Assembly: GCA_965637545.1 (NCBI GenBank)
Contig: OZ281500.1
Coordinates: forward strand, 10,044,001 to 10,108,000
DNA: 64,000 nt
Reading direction: 5' to 3'
Origin: Phallusia mammillata
Taxonomy: Eukaryota
Each line of letters begins with the position of its first letter. Position 1 is the first letter of the stretch. The position numbers were made by a program, and so were the translations under genes. Of this stretch, positions 63,075-64,000 are shown one piece after another. The notes under the pieces were generated by a model. The model had not been told where the DNA came from. It did no database searches and was given only the letters and a program-made list of their open reading frames with translations.

Positions 63075-63400
63075 CTGCACAAAAACATAAGTGTCAGAAA
63101 GAAAAAAATGCAAAAACTCCTGAGTTATCATGCTGGTAAATTTGCCATGATGTACTTGTAATTTGTTTTCTAAAGGGTTGTAGATTGATTTTTTTCAACA
63201 TGGAATTCACATTAAAACGAAAAAACTTAGTTGAGTTGATTTTATTTCGCTTGGACATAGCGACACAATAGCACTAAAAACAATCACCAAGCCGGACACA
63301 ATTGGTGGATGATACCAAAAAGCGCTGCAGCTACACCGTAAAAAAGTTGGTCATAAAGCAGGTTATTATTTTCTGTCAACACTGGCATGTCTCTCTAAGA

Positions 63401-64000
63401 CAGTGGTTCTCAAAGTATGGGTCGCGACCCAAACATGGGTCGCGCAGGGTCAAAAAATCGGTCGCGCTGTGGTGATTCAATTCAGAACGAACTATTACTG
63501 CATTAAGTAAACACAAACAAATTTGCCTAACGTAGAAGTAAAGTCACCTCACCACGTTGTACAGTAAAATGACCTCATCATTACCACATACAGACGACAA
63601 TAGGCTTTCAACTTTACTGTTAGGCAAATGGCGATTGTAACATCGTAGCATGGGAAATAATAGGACAAGTTAATCATGCGAAACCGAATCACTTCTATCA
63701 ACGATCATGGTGCTGCAAAGCCACGATGTGTGTTATGCAGTGTTGTAGAACGAATCGACCTCGTTAAGCCTGCAGCCATTTTGACATGGACAGACTTTTA
63801 TGCGGCGACGACGTGGCCTCAAAATTTTTGTTATCGAACAGCACAGTTAAAAGTCGAATCACAGACCTTTTACTGAATATAAAATATCAAGTGGAACTCT
63901 CTTAAATGAAAAATTCCGTGCATTGAAAAGAGCCGTGTATTGAACATTTATGAAGGAAAAATTTCAATTTAATCAAACACGCTAAAATCAATCAATCATT
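63401..64000 (+). mobile_element. 5' end of a decayed hAT/Charlie transposon with a transposase zinc-finger remnant, truncated by the window edge
   Basis: CAGTGGTTCTCAAAGT..GGGTCGCGACCC terminus. The peptide TSINDHGAAKPRCVLCSVV..VKPA at ~63690-63775 resembles the P-x-C-V-x-C N-terminus of Charlie/ZBED transposases. Confidence 0.6.

Overview
AT-rich, intron-rich eukaryotic DNA. Short GT-AG introns, gene content and MITE load suggest an invertebrate chordate, probably an ascidian (inference only). Exons were assembled by hand and checked for splice phase. In order: (1) a ~21 kb ARHGAP6/ARHGAP36-type RhoGAP gene (+) with five alternative N-terminal exon sets, all phase-compatible with one common exon; (2) two tandem Golgi-type carbohydrate sulfotransferases of the Sulfotransfer_2 (CHST8-14/HNK-1ST) family (+); (3) nodal (+), with candidate GATA/ETS enhancers upstream and two FoxH1-type sites in an intron; (4) DNAJB12/14 (-); (5) two tandem Fringe-like glycosyltransferase exon blocks (-); plus many hAT and Tc/pogo-type MITEs, some nested. 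The standout observation is that the first sulfotransferase has two complete 8-Cys SUEL (rhamnose/galactose-binding) lectin domains spliced in frame into the middle of its catalytic domain. Each is a symmetric phase 1-1 module, so isoforms with 0, 1, 2 or a hybrid lectin all stay in frame. The Fringe locus is also unusual: the proximal block has a premature stop and a frameshift but holds the only visible terminal exon, while the distal block is intact but has no terminal exon of its own.
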